Source of the DNA: an uncultured bacterium
GTDB lineage: Bacteria; Desulfobacterota_D; UBA1144
NCBI GenBank assembly: GCA_913050245.1
Contig: CAJWZJ010000001.1
Span: forward strand, 118,617 to 182,616
Length of the DNA stretch: 64,000 bases
Reading direction: 5' to 3'
The translations under genes were made by a program, and so were the position numbers. How positions within the stretch are numbered: the stretch's first letter is position 1; each line of letters begins with the position of its first letter. Of this stretch, positions 1 to 10,464 are shown one piece after another. A model generated the notes under the pieces. The model saw only the letters and a program-made list of their open reading frames with translations, had not been told where the DNA came from and ran no database searches.

Positions 1-482
1 TTAAATAAAATTGAATTAATTTTATCGCTATAACCTGAGAATTGATCATTGAAAAGTGTTACAGTTTTGTCCAGCTTTGATATTAAAGTATTAAAATCTG
101 AGGACTGAGCAGAAATAATTATTCCCCCATCAGCTAAAATTTTAGAATTAACTGTTCCAAAAGTTAAACCTACATATGAAGAACCAAGTAAACTTGTCAT
201 ATTGATTGAGGCAATTGAATCTTCTTTAATTATTATATCTTTATTTATTGATAGCTGAACTTCAACATTCTGACCTGATAATGATATTTTATTTACCTTT
301 CCCACATTCACACCAGACAACTTAACCTGGCTACCTGAACGTAATTCTCCAACTGATTGAAAATAAGTATAGTAGAGCTTATCTTTTTTTAATAATGAAA
401 CTCCAGATACAACTTCGAAAAGAACGAGCAATATAAGAAGTCCTAATATAAAAAATATTCCCATTTGTATATTTTTATTCAT
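1..482 (-). CDS. mlaD: Mce/MlaD-family substrate-binding protein, N-terminal part (gene continues past the window start)
   Basis: Minus-strand ORF starts at an ATG about 23 nt downstream of the mlaF stop. It encodes an N-terminal TM anchor (MKNIQMGIFFILGLLILLVLF) followed by an Mce-domain-like segment (GELRSGSQVKLSGVNVGKV). It is the last gene of the mlaE-mlaF operon. Confidence 0.6.
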   Translation of the reverse strand, partial: MNKNIQMGIFFILGLLILLVLFEVVSGVSLLKKDKLYYTYFQSVGELRSGSQVKLSGVNVGKVNKISLSGQNVEVQLSINKDIIIKEDSIASINMTSLLGSSYVGLTFGTVNSKILADGGIIISAQSSDFNTLISKLDKTVTLFNDQFSGYSDKINSILF

Positions 483-505
483 ATATAACATTATACATAA
501 ATTAA

Positions 506-1216
506 TTAAGCTATAGGATCTAACAATGGATGATTAGTTTCCTTTATCATTTCAGGGTTATTAGATATTTTAATTACACCTTCATCAAGAATTGAAATTG
601 TATCAGCAATCGCAAAAGCAAATCCAATATCATGGGTTACAACCAGTTGAGTTATATTTGTAGTATCTTTTAAATCATTTATTATTTTGGCAATTATTCT
701 TGTATTTATTTGATCTAATTCTGCTGTTGGCTCATCATAAAGAAGTATCTCTGGCTCAATCATTAAAGACCTTGCAATTGCTACTCTTTTCCTCATTCCA
801 CCACTTAAGTCAGAAGGAATTTTACTCGCTGAATCTTCAACACCCAAGTCACTCAAAATTTTATAAGCTTTTTTTAATCTGTTCTCTTTTGAATCAATAT
901 TATTCTCATCCAAATATAAGGTTATGTTATCTATAACGCTCAAAGAGTTTAGTAAAGCAGAAAACTGAAAAACATATGATATTTTTAAGTTATCTATGCT
1001 TTTCGCATCATCCAATTTTTTATTGTTAATTAGGATTTGGCCTGCGTCAGGAGTCATAAGGCCCATTAACATTTTTAATAATACTGACTTGCCCATACCT
1101 GACTTGCCTAATATGACATGAACCTCGTTTAATTTAAAATTGTGGCTAAGATTATCTAAAACTACTTTGCCGCTAAATGACTTTGATACATTATTAAAAT
1201 TAATATTATTTTCCAT
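506..1216 (-). CDS. mlaF: ABC transporter ATP-binding protein, MlaF-like
   Basis: Walker A GKSGMGKS, ABC signature LSGGMRKRVAIARS and Walker B ILLYDEPTAELD are present. Length is 236 aa, immediately downstream of the permease. Confidence 0.85.
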   Translation of the reverse strand: MENNINFNNVSKSFSGKVVLDNLSHNFKLNEVHVILGKSGMGKSVLLKMLMGLMTPDAGQILINNKKLDDAKSIDNLKISYVFQFSALLNSLSVIDNITLYLDENNIDSKENRLKKAYKILSDLGVEDSASKIPSDLSGGMRKRVAIARSLMIEPEILLYDEPTAELDQINTRIIAKIINDLKDTTNITQLVVTHDIGFAFAIADTISILDEGVIKISNNPEMIKETNHPLLDPIA

Positions 1217-1984
1217 TTAAAGTAATCCTACCAATATTAGAAATCTGGTCAAAATATAATCGAGTATTAATATTGCTATAAAAGATGCAACCACAGATTT
1301 AGTTACAGAAGTTCCAATCTCTCTAGGCCCACCCTCAGTTGTTAATCCAACCAAGCAGGAAGTTATTGATATAGTAATTGAGAAGAAAATTGATTTAATT
1401 AGTCCAGATGCAATATCAGAAAAAGTTACTACTTGACTTAAATCATTATAAAAAGCTGTGAATGATACGGATATTGTTTGATTTAAATTTGATACAATAG
1501 ATCCCCCTAACCATCCAATTAGATCCATATAAATAACTAAGAATGGCAAAGCGATTAAACATGCAACAAATCTCGGTAAAACCAAATATTTTACTGGATC
1601 TATGTCCATTGTTTTTAATGCAGAAATTTCTTCATAGACACTCATAGTAGATATTTCTGCGGTTATAGATGAACCAACTCTTCCTGCCATCAAAATTGCT
1701 GCCATTACAGGTGCTAGCTCTGTACACAAGGAAACGCCGACTATGCCACCTATTCTATCCTGAATACCATATTCAGATAGTTGTATTCCAGTTTGTAATG
1801 CCAAGACAGCACCAATGGATAATGAAATTAAAGCAGCAACAGGTAATGTTCTATTGCCCATATCAAATAGTTGAGAGAAAATTTTGTCTAAGGAAGAAGA
1901 AAAAAATTTTAATGAACAAATAGCTGCCCAGAAAAGACTTAGAAACTGTCCTACTCCATTAAAAAAATTATAAATTCCATTCAT
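1217..1984 (-). CDS. mlaE: ABC transporter permease, MlaE-like
   Basis: 255-aa polytopic membrane protein with MlaE/Ttg2B-like topology. Its start overlaps the upstream ORF by 4 nt and its stop abuts the mlaF start. Confidence 0.8.
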   Translation of the reverse strand: MNGIYNFFNGVGQFLSLFWAAICSLKFFSSSLDKIFSQLFDMGNRTLPVAALISLSIGAVLALQTGIQLSEYGIQDRIGGIVGVSLCTELAPVMAAILMAGRVGSSITAEISTMSVYEEISALKTMDIDPVKYLVLPRFVACLIALPFLVIYMDLIGWLGGSIVSNLNQTISVSFTAFYNDLSQVVTFSDIASGLIKSIFFSITISITSCLVGLTTEGGPREIGTSVTKSVVASFIAILILDYILTRFLILVGLL

Positions 1985-3231
1985 AAGCTTATAGGAATAT
2001 ATAATATTCGAATTTCTGCATCCTCACCAGTCTTATAACCTAAGAATCCTCCTAAAATTTTAAATTCATTATGTTTATCAGTAGATTCATTTGATATTAT
2101 TGGAATTAGTAAATTTATACTAAACGATGTTTCTTTTATATCTTCGTCTACCTCATACTTAATAAAATTAAACAATAATGAGGTGCTGGATTTTGAATTC
2201 TCTTTTTTAATCCTGACTACTGACCAGAGGGGTGACCAGATTTCTCTTATTTTAGTATTTTTAGAAAAGAAGCTTTCTATAGGTGCAAAAATTCTAAAAT
2301 CATAACCGTCTCTATCTGTATCAATTGAGTATATAGGCCAAAGACTTGAAAATTCTTTATTAACTTCATTATCAGATAGGCTATAAAAAGTATCCTGTTT
2401 ATATAAGAAAAACAGGAGGCTTTTTGTTTCAAAATATTCTGATGCTAATATTTCACTTTTATGTCTATACAAAGGCCAAAGAATAAATCCTTTCTCTACA
2501 TGTTTAGATTTGGAATATGAATATAAGGGAAAAAATCTTTTACTTTTAATATTAGATCCGCTTTTATATTGAATTAGTGGCCAAGGCATATTATAAGTTT
2601 TTTGGTCTCTTATTTTATCTTCATAAACATTAAAAAAGGGCCAGAGAAAAGTTGTTGAACTATGAACATCAGATTCTGCATTTAAATATATTGGCCAATA
2701 ATTATTTTCTTCTAAATTAATACCAGTTGTATTATCTTTTTTAAACATGAAGAAGGGCCACAGAAAGAATTTAGACTGTTTAACAGTCACTAGCGTATCA
2801 GGATCAACTTTTTTTGTATAACCATATAAAGGCCAAAATTTAAATCCATCTGAATATTTTCCTTTAGTTGCAGAAAAAAATGGCCAAAGAAAATGAGTAT
2901 TATATGAATTTTTTTTATATGTTTGCATGTATATAGGAAACGCAAAATAACTAATTTTCTCTTTTGCATATTTATCTTTAATTGTTCCAAAAAGTGGAAA
3001 TAATGAAAAATAGTTATTATCTTCTTCTCCACCCCATGCAACATCTAAGATAGGGAAAATTTCAAAAGTTTTCTCATTCGAATTATCATAGCTTGTATAA
3101 TTGCTATATTTAATTAATCTAAAGAGCGCATTAAATTGTATTTGTTGGCTATCTTCAGAATAGCCTATAAGCGGATAAATAATGTCTAATGATTTGAATT
3201 TTAACTCATAATTGGACTCATAATAGAACAA
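1981..3231 (-). CDS. Repeat protein with about 16 aromatic-Trp-Pro hairpin repeats (FLWPFF/FKFWPLY/YWPIY/ILWPLY...). It is the first gene of the Mla operon and is probably exported. The start codon is uncertain (TTG in the track); the frame is open upstream to 3381.
   Basis: Motifs of the type [FLY]-x-[WF]-P-[LIF]-[YF] recur with alternating spacers of about 11 and about 17 residues. The upstream in-frame extension encodes LYLARIIFILLILITNKSFS-EEK, which looks like a Sec signal peptide, but no ATG is present. Confidence 0.6.
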   Translation of the reverse strand: MFYYESNYELKFKSLDIIYPLIGYSEDSQQIQFNALFRLIKYSNYTSYDNSNEKTFEIFPILDVAWGGEEDNNYFSLFPLFGTIKDKYAKEKISYFAFPIYMQTYKKNSYNTHFLWPFFSATKGKYSDGFKFWPLYGYTKKVDPDTLVTVKQSKFFLWPFFMFKKDNTTGINLEENNYWPIYLNAESDVHSSTTFLWPFFNVYEDKIRDQKTYNMPWPLIQYKSGSNIKSKRFFPLYSYSKSKHVEKGFILWPLYRHKSEILASEYFETKSLLFFLYKQDTFYSLSDNEVNKEFSSLWPIYSIDTDRDGYDFRIFAPIESFFSKNTKIREIWSPLWSVVRIKKENSKSSTSLLFNFIKYEVDEDIKETSFSINLLIPIISNESTDKHNEFKILGGFLGYKTGEDAEIRILYIPISL

Positions 3232-3356
3232 GGGTCTAAAAGCATATGTTTTTGATTCTTCATTTCTTTCATACTTTACGAAAGGTCCAAAAAAAGTTTT
3301 TTCTTCTGAAAAACTTTTATTAGTAATTAAAATTAATAATATAAATATTATGCGTG

Positions 3357-4430
3357 CTAAGTATAAGATCTCATCACCCTTTTACTTATTCCACACACAA
3401 TATCATACGGAATCGTATTGATAGTTGATGCCAACATTGAAGCAGATTGTAAATTATCATCAAAAATAACTATTTTTTGCCCCACTCTAATATTTTTGAT
3501 GTTTGTAATATCTATCATCGTCAAATCCATACATACTCTACCTAAAATCTTACATTTCTTTCCTTTGCAATATACATAACCTTTATTCGATAATGCCCTA
3601 GGTAAACCATCAGCATATCCTATTGGAATAACTCCTATGACCATCTTCTTTTTGGATACAAAAGTTCTACCATAACTTACACTATCACCTTTTTTTAATA
3701 CGCGAATTTTAATAATTTTTGATTCAAGTGTCATAGCTGGTTTAAGTTTTCTTTCACTAGAAAGACCGTATAAAAAAAGTCCCGGTCTTACAGTATTAAA
3801 AATTTGGCTATCATAATTCAATATTCCTGAACTATTTGATGCATGAATAAATTTTATATTAAAACCTTTTTCCTTAAAGGATTTAACTACTGATTCAAAG
3901 CATTTTATTTGTTTTTTGGTAAATGAAGAATTTTTTTTATCTGCTTCTGCAAGGTGGGTATATATACCTTCAATTATTAAATTTTTATTATTAGAAATTT
4001 TTTTAATAGCTTTATCTACTTCATCAATTGAAATACCTAATCTATTCATTCCCGTATCAACTTTTAGATGAAACTTTATTTTTTTTAAATCTAAAGAAGC
4101 TAAAAAGCTGATTTGATCATAATCGTAAACCGTAAACATTATATTCAGTTTAATAGCCTTTATAATTTCATCATCATCAATAGATCCAAGAATAAGAATT
4201 TTTTTTCTTATTTTATTATTTTTTAATTCTAGTGCTTCATCCAAATTAGCAACCCCAAGATAAGACACTTCCTTTCTTTCAAGAAATTTTGATATTTCGA
4301 TTGCTCCATGTCCATATGCATTTGCCTTAACTATTGCAATGATATTCTTATCTTTTGCGTAATTGTTAATTAGAAGTGAATAATTGTTTATAAGACTAGA
4401 GGTTTTAATTTTGGCTGTAGTAGCACCCAT
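3357..4430 (-). CDS. alr: Alanine racemase
   Basis: The PLP-binding motif AIVKANAYGHG is present. The 357-aa product has typical Alr architecture. Confidence 0.85.
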   Translation of the reverse strand: MGATTAKIKTSSLINNYSLLINNYAKDKNIIAIVKANAYGHGAIEISKFLERKEVSYLGVANLDEALELKNNKIRKKILILGSIDDDEIIKAIKLNIMFTVYDYDQISFLASLDLKKIKFHLKVDTGMNRLGISIDEVDKAIKKISNNKNLIIEGIYTHLAEADKKNSSFTKKQIKCFESVVKSFKEKGFNIKFIHASNSSGILNYDSQIFNTVRPGLFLYGLSSERKLKPAMTLESKIIKIRVLKKGDSVSYGRTFVSKKKMVIGVIPIGYADGLPRALSNKGYVYCKGKKCKILGRVCMDLTMIDITNIKNIRVGQKIVIFDDNLQSASMLASTINTIPYDIVCGISKRVMRSYT

Positions 4431-4488
4431 TTTGATAATCTAACACAGATAAATACAATTCTCTATTTAACAAAACTTATATCAAATT

Positions 4489-5679
4489 ATGATATATTTC
4501 TTATATCCTATGTATCTCACAAAACACGAGCTAAAATCAACTTTAGTTGTTAGTGGAATATTTTCCTTAAGACTACTTGGCCTTTTTGTTCTGCTGCCAA
4601 TTTTTAGCATATATGCCTCAGAATATAATAATTCATCATCATTTTTAGCTGGTATAGCTATAGGTTCATATTCATTATCACAAGCAATAATGCAAGTTCC
4701 AATGGGATATCTTAGTGATAAATTTGGTAGAAAAAAAATTGTTCTTTTTGGATTAGCCTTATTTGTAGTTGGAAGTGCAATCTGCTTTTATGCAATTGAT
4801 ATTACTATTTTAATAATTGGGAGAATAATTCAAGGCTTAGGGGCAATAAGTTCTGTAGGGATTGCAACTCTCTCAGAAAATACTTCTGAGGAAAGAAGAG
4901 CTAGCGCTTTTACAATAATGGGGATTTCGGTTGGTTTTGCTTTTGTTGTCGGGTTCATAGCTGGGCCATTTATCTCGACACTTTATTCATTCAAGTCTTT
5001 ATTTTTACTACTTCTTGTTTTAGGTGTAATAGCTATAATCATTACTATACTTTATTACCCAATTGATAAAAATACCAAAAACCAAGATTTCTCATTAAAA
5101 CTATCCTACAATCATAGCCTCCTACAGGTATACATGGGTTCATTTTTCCTATCTTTAATACTAAGCATTATGTTATATATATACCCACTTATTTGGAAGA
5201 ATCTTGGTGCTAATCCTGATGAGCTATTTTTAATATATCTAAAAATATTTTTACCGTCTGTAATACTTATATATCCATCAGTTAGATTTTTTGAAAAGAT
5301 AAAAAAGATTGGCCTAGTTATTTATAGTGGCTGGGCTTTTCTTATTATAGGATTTCTTTTTTACATAATTTTTTCTCAAAATGTAATTTCTCTTTATGTA
5401 CTGGGAATCTTATTCTTCTTTGGAGTTTCTGTATTTAACTCTATACTTCCAAGCCTTCTATCTTTTAATGTATCCAGCAAGCTTAGAGCAACTGGTAATG
5501 GTCCTTTCTACATTATGAATTTTCTTGGTCACGCTGTAGGTGCAATTTTAGCAGGGACAATTTATATGAAATCAGAATATTTTGGTTTAGATAAAAATAT
5601 GATCTTGAGCATCTTTAGCCTTGCTATTGTAATACTTTGGATTAGAGTGGGTCTACCAAAATATGAGGCTAAAAGTTAA
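4489..5679 (+). CDS. MFS transporter
   Basis: 396-aa protein with about 12 TM helices. It carries the MFS signature-like loop GYLSDKFGRKK. Confidence 0.7.
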   Translation: MIYFLYPMYLTKHELKSTLVVSGIFSLRLLGLFVLLPIFSIYASEYNNSSSFLAGIAIGSYSLSQAIMQVPMGYLSDKFGRKKIVLFGLALFVVGSAICFYAIDITILIIGRIIQGLGAISSVGIATLSENTSEERRASAFTIMGISVGFAFVVGFIAGPFISTLYSFKSLFLLLLVLGVIAIIITILYYPIDKNTKNQDFSLKLSYNHSLLQVYMGSFFLSLILSIMLYIYPLIWKNLGANPDELFLIYLKIFLPSVILIYPSVRFFEKIKKIGLVIYSGWAFLIIGFLFYIIFSQNVISLYVLGILFFFGVSVFNSILPSLLSFNVSSKLRATGNGPFYIMNFLGHAVGAILAGTIYMKSEYFGLDKNMILSIFSLAIVILWIRVGLPKYEAKS

Positions 5680-6505
5680 TATTATTAAGTCTTTTTACTC
5701 GTGCTTTTATAGGTGGATGAGAACTAAATAGTTTACCTATACCACCTGCAAGTGGACTTATAATATACATATGGCTTGTAGCAGGACTTGGCTCATCCTT
5801 AAGCTTGTGAGATTTATAAAATTCTGAAATTTTTGTTAAGGCAGAAGCAAGAGCTTGTGGCTTTTTAGTAATCTGAGCTGCTGTGTAATCAGCTTTGTAT
5901 TCACGAGTTCTAGAGATAGCCATTTGTATAACAAGTGCAATTAAGGGTGCCAAAATAGCAACTAACAAATGACCTATTGCACTACCTGACTCTCTGTTCC
6001 CACGAAATGCACCAAAGATTAAACCCCATTTCAACATACTAGCTATCATACTTATTGCACCTGCAAAAGTTGCGGCTATAGAGGCAATTAAAATATCATT
6101 ATTTTCTATATGGGCAATTTCATGAGCAAGAACTCCTTCAAGTTCATCTGCACTTAGAGTTTCAACTAGTGAGGTAGAGACAGCAACCACAGAATTGTCA
6201 AAATTTCTGCCAGTGGCAAATGCGTTTGGCTCTTCAGATTCATAAATATAAAGTTTTGGTCCATTTATTTTTGCTTGAGATAAAAGATTGCTAAAAGATT
6301 GGAAAATTTGGGATGACTTATCTACTTTCTTAGCTTTGTGAATTTTTAATACAATCTTATCTGAATACCAATATGATACAAAGTTCATTACCAAAGCAAA
6401 AACGAAAGCAATCATCATTCCAGACTGGCCACCAATCATTTTACCAATAAGAATAAAAAAAACTGTCATTATGCTTAGTAGAAAAAAAGTTTTAATAGTA
6501 TTCAT
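5669..6505 (-). CDS. htpX: Zinc metalloprotease HtpX (M48 family)
   Basis: HEIAHIENND contains the HExxH motif. The product is 278 aa with N-terminal TM helices. Confidence 0.8.
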   Translation of the reverse strand: MNTIKTFFLLSIMTVFFILIGKMIGGQSGMMIAFVFALVMNFVSYWYSDKIVLKIHKAKKVDKSSQIFQSFSNLLSQAKINGPKLYIYESEEPNAFATGRNFDNSVVAVSTSLVETLSADELEGVLAHEIAHIENNDILIASIAATFAGAISMIASMLKWGLIFGAFRGNRESGSAIGHLLVAILAPLIALVIQMAISRTREYKADYTAAQITKKPQALASALTKISEFYKSHKLKDEPSPATSHMYIISPLAGGIGKLFSSHPPIKARVKRLNNINF

Positions 6506-6507
6506 AT

Positions 6508-6990
6508 TTAACCTCCACAGGATGATAGATTATTTTTAAAGATATATTTTTGATGATATTCTTCTGCAATGTAATAATCTGATACATCCGAAATACTTGT
6601 GACGATAGAATTATTGAACTTAGATTTATTTAGACTATTTATTACATCAGTAGCAATTTCTTTTTCATTATCTGAATTAGTAAAAATTGCAGATCTATAT
6701 TGAGTACCAACATCGGGGCCTTGCCTATTAAGTGAAGTTGGATCATGAATTGAAAAGAAAAAAAGGCATAAATCTTTAAAAGAAATAATACTAGAATCAT
6801 AGTGGACTTGCACAACCTCGGCATGACCTGTCATTCCTGAACATACATCAAAATAGGTAGGGTTCTTAAATTTTCCACCCATATATCCTACTGAAGTCTC
6901 TTTAACACCATCAAGTTGCATGAAATTATTCTCAACGCCCCAAAAACAGCCAGCACCAAATGTTGCAATTGAAAGGTCATTAACATCCAT
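6508..6990 (-). CDS. msrA: Peptide methionine sulfoxide reductase A
   Basis: The catalytic motif GAGCFWGVE is near the N-terminus. Length is 160 aa. Confidence 0.9.
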   Translation of the reverse strand: MDVNDLSIATFGAGCFWGVENNFMQLDGVKETSVGYMGGKFKNPTYFDVCSGMTGHAEVVQVHYDSSIISFKDLCLFFFSIHDPTSLNRQGPDVGTQYRSAIFTNSDNEKEIATDVINSLNKSKFNNSIVTSISDVSDYYIAEEYHQKYIFKNNLSSCGG

Positions 6991-7007
6991 ATTAAAATTA
7001 TAACTGC

Positions 7008-9143
7008 TTATAATATTTTTGTTAGGTTGATAGTCTTACCCCAAATTAAATCTATATTTTTTATAATCTTATCCTTATCATTAGTGAAAATATTATAAGA
7101 CTCAATCCTATCAGCACATTCTTTTGCTTCTTTTAAAATATGTATATCACGCTTAATATTTCCTAAATTCAGATTCCATACGTTCCCAGATTGTTCACTT
7201 CCAGCTCCATAAAAAGCACCAGGTCCTCGCAATGCTAAATCTTTTTCTGATAATTCAAACCCATCATTAATTTGGGTAAAAACTTTTATTCTTTCCATAG
7301 AATTATCGTTTATTTTACTATCATTTATCAAAAAGCAATATGAGCTATGCCTTCCTCTTCCTATTCTACCTCTTAGTTGGTGTAGTTGAGATAAGCCAAA
7401 TCTTTCAGGATTAAATATGGTCATTATATTTGCATTGGGTATGTCAAGACCAACTTCTATGACAGTGGTAGAAATTATAAAATTTAATTTACCTGCCCTA
7501 AGTTCACTCATTATATGTTCTTTTTTAGATGTGTCCAAATCTCCATGCAAAATATCGTATTTATATTTCTTTAAATTTGTTTTTTGGAGAATATCCTTTA
7601 ACAAATAAACATTTACTAGATTTTCAAAATCCTCATTTTCTGAAGAATTTATTAATGGGCAGAGAAAAAAAGCTTGCCTGCCTTGAGATAATTGATCATC
7701 AATAAAATCTATTAACTTATCAAACTGTGCTTTATCTACAATTTTTGTTTCAATATTTTGTTTTTTATGTTCAATTCTATCTATAGTAGAAACATCATAG
7801 TCTGACAATAATATTGAAGATAGTGTTCTAGGGATTGGTGTTGCTGTCATGATTAAAACATCAGAATCTTCACCTTTTTCCATCATTAATTTCCTTTGCT
7901 CTACTCCGAATCTATGTTGTTCATCAATGACAATTAGACCTAAATTTTTATATATTACATTAGGTTGAAATAAAGAATGTGTTCCAACAATAAATTTTGC
8001 TTGTCCAGATTTAATCAATTTTAATGCATTATTTTTTTCTGCTACCGATAAAGAGGACTTTAGTAATACTAATTCTTCATTTGGTACAAAATCTTTGAGA
8101 TATAAATAGTGCTGATCAGCTAAAATTTCTGTTGGTGCTACTATACAAGATTGAAAATTGTTATCACTGCTGACCGCCATTGAGAGTAAAGCAATGATTG
8201 TTTTACCACTACCCACATCACCTTGAAGCAATCTGTTCATTTGTTCATCTTGACTCATATCTTTTAATATTTCATTTAGCACTTTATTTTGTGAATTGGT
8301 AAGTTGAAAAGGTAGCTTATCTAATATTTCAGAATATAAAGAATTATTTTCTAGAATATGTTTCTTGCTCTTTTTTATAACATTCTCTTCCGATGCTATT
8401 TTCATACCAAGACATATCAATAAAAATTCATAAAATATCATTGATCTATGAGCAATTGAATTGTTTACAGAATTTGCTGATTCAAGGTCCACTATTTCCG
8501 ATGATTTTGATGGTTTATGAATATATCTTATTGAATCTGATATTTTCATTAAGTTAAAATCATTTAGGATGTCATTAGAAAATATTTCTAATTCATCAAA
8601 ATCTATTTTTTTTAAAACATCTGTTAATATTTTTTTTAATCTATTTTGAGTTAATCCTTTTGTTAATTTATAAACTGGTGAAATATTAGCAAAATTTACT
8701 AAATCATCATCATTGTTAGAAATAAAATATTGATCTGGACTAGGATTAAAAATTTGAAATATTTTGGCACTTTTAGTTTTATTTGTTTTACCGGATAAGA
8801 TAACAAAATTATCAATTTTAAAATTTTCTTTTAAATATTTATAAATCGGATTAAACCAAGTTATTTTAAAATTACCTGTTCCATCATTAATTATAACTTC
8901 ATAAATCTTTCTCCTAGCTTTAATAAGACCTGAAGAAATTATCTTGCCTTTAATAGTTATTTCTTCGCCTTCAACCAATTCATCAATATTCTTTAAATAT
9001 CTATAATCATTATATTTTCGCGGAAAATAAAAAAGTAAATCTGAAAGATCTATAATTCCTGCATTTTTTAAAATATTTTCTATTTTAGGACCAACACCTT
9101 TTAATGATGAAATCTTTGAATTTATATTTAATTTATTACTCAT
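7008..9143 (-). CDS. recG: ATP-dependent DNA helicase RecG
   Basis: Walker A GDVGSGKT, the DEQH box VIDEQHRFGV and a C-terminal helicase domain are present. Length is 711 aa. Confidence 0.9.
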   Translation of the reverse strand: MSNKLNINSKISSLKGVGPKIENILKNAGIIDLSDLLFYFPRKYNDYRYLKNIDELVEGEEITIKGKIISSGLIKARRKIYEVIINDGTGNFKITWFNPIYKYLKENFKIDNFVILSGKTNKTKSAKIFQIFNPSPDQYFISNNDDDLVNFANISPVYKLTKGLTQNRLKKILTDVLKKIDFDELEIFSNDILNDFNLMKISDSIRYIHKPSKSSEIVDLESANSVNNSIAHRSMIFYEFLLICLGMKIASEENVIKKSKKHILENNSLYSEILDKLPFQLTNSQNKVLNEILKDMSQDEQMNRLLQGDVGSGKTIIALLSMAVSSDNNFQSCIVAPTEILADQHYLYLKDFVPNEELVLLKSSLSVAEKNNALKLIKSGQAKFIVGTHSLFQPNVIYKNLGLIVIDEQHRFGVEQRKLMMEKGEDSDVLIMTATPIPRTLSSILLSDYDVSTIDRIEHKKQNIETKIVDKAQFDKLIDFIDDQLSQGRQAFFLCPLINSSENEDFENLVNVYLLKDILQKTNLKKYKYDILHGDLDTSKKEHIMSELRAGKLNFIISTTVIEVGLDIPNANIMTIFNPERFGLSQLHQLRGRIGRGRHSSYCFLINDSKINDNSMERIKVFTQINDGFELSEKDLALRGPGAFYGAGSEQSGNVWNLNLGNIKRDIHILKEAKECADRIESYNIFTNDKDKIIKNIDLIWGKTINLTKIL

Positions 9144-10446
9144 TCTCAGGTGAATAACCTATATTTGTATAATAAAAACCAAACTGCTTAAGCTTCTCAT
9201 GGTTATATAGATTCCTGCCATCAAATATTATATGTCTTTTCATTCTTTTTTTCATATTTGCAAAATCTGGTTGTCTATAAATACTCCATTCGGTATTTAT
9301 TACCAAACAGTCCGCATCGTCAAGAGCATCAAAATTATTCTCAAAATATTCAACCTTATCATTAAATATTTCTTTAAAGTTTTCCATAGATGCTGGATCA
9401 TTAACACTAATTTGAGCACCGTGCTGAAGGAGCTTATTGATAATATCTACTGATGGTGCTTCTCTTAAATCATCGGTATTAGGCTTAAATGATAAACCCC
9501 AAACAGCAAATTTTAAACCCTTCAAATCTTTAAAATAATTTTGTATTTTATCAAAAAATTTATTTCTTTGATTCATATTAACTTTATCAACCGAACTACA
9601 TAAGTCCATTTCAATCCCATTTTGCCTACCTACATCAATAATGGCCTTTATATCTTTTGGGAAGCAAGAACCGCCATATCCTAACCCAGGATATAAAAAC
9701 TCTTTCCCAATCCTTTTATCCTGTGACATTATTTTTCTTACACTTCCAATATCCGCCCCAACTTTTTCACAAAGATTGGCCATTTCATTCATAAAAGATA
9801 TTCTTGTAGCCAACATTGAATTTGATGCATATTTAGACACCTCTGAAGATTTAATATCAACAAAAATTAATCTATCCTCTTTACGTAAGAAAGGTTCATA
9901 TAAATCTCTAAGCATTTGTTCTGATTTTTGAGTTTCAACTCCTACAACGATTCTATCAGGAAACATAAAATCATTTACAGCAGATCCTTCCTTTAAAAAT
10001 TCTGGATTTGATGCTACATCAAACTCAACATCTGTAATTGCAGAAATAATATCTTTAATTAAATGAGTAGTTCCAACTGGAACAGTACTCTTTGTAACTA
10101 TTACTTTATAATCTTCAATATATTTTGCTAACTCTTTAGCAGCATTTTTTATATAAGTTAAATCTGCAGAACCATCATCTTTAGGTGGAGTTGAAACAGC
10201 AAGAAAGATAATATTTGAACCTTCAATGGCATCTTTATAATTTGTTGTAAATTTGAGTCGCTTAGCATTATAGTTTCTCAATACTATATTCTCTAATCCA
10301 GGTTCATAGATTCCTACCTTTCCTTCTTTTAAAGAATTTATTTTACTTTCATCAATATCTAGACAAGTTACATTATTACCACTATCGGATAGACATGATC
10401 CTGTAACAAGTCCAACATATCCAGTTCCTATAACACATATATTCAT
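9136..10446 (-). CDS. ugd: UDP-glucose 6-dehydrogenase
   Basis: Rossmann motif ICVIGTGYVG and catalytic GGSCFPKD are present. The track start at 10464 is TTG; the ATG at 10446 gives the canonical N-terminus MNICVIGTGYVG. Confidence 0.85.
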   Translation of the reverse strand: MNICVIGTGYVGLVTGSCLSDSGNNVTCLDIDESKINSLKEGKVGIYEPGLENIVLRNYNAKRLKFTTNYKDAIEGSNIIFLAVSTPPKDDGSADLTYIKNAAKELAKYIEDYKVIVTKSTVPVGTTHLIKDIISAITDVEFDVASNPEFLKEGSAVNDFMFPDRIVVGVETQKSEQMLRDLYEPFLRKEDRLIFVDIKSSEVSKYASNSMLATRISFMNEMANLCEKVGADIGSVRKIMSQDKRIGKEFLYPGLGYGGSCFPKDIKAIIDVGRQNGIEMDLCSSVDKVNMNQRNKFFDKIQNYFKDLKGLKFAVWGLSFKPNTDDLREAPSVDIINKLLQHGAQISVNDPASMENFKEIFNDKVEYFENNFDALDDADCLVINTEWSIYRQPDFANMKKRMKRHIIFDGRNLYNHEKLKQFGFYYTNIGYSPENE

Positions 10447-10464
10447 ATGATAGATATTATGCAA

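Noticed and set aside
1981-3231. Assigning the WP-repeat protein to PQQ, WD40, YWTD or TolB beta-propeller families.
   Set aside because: The repeat length (about 22-28 aa) and the motif F-x-W-P-x-Y do not match any of those signatures from memory; it is left unclassified.
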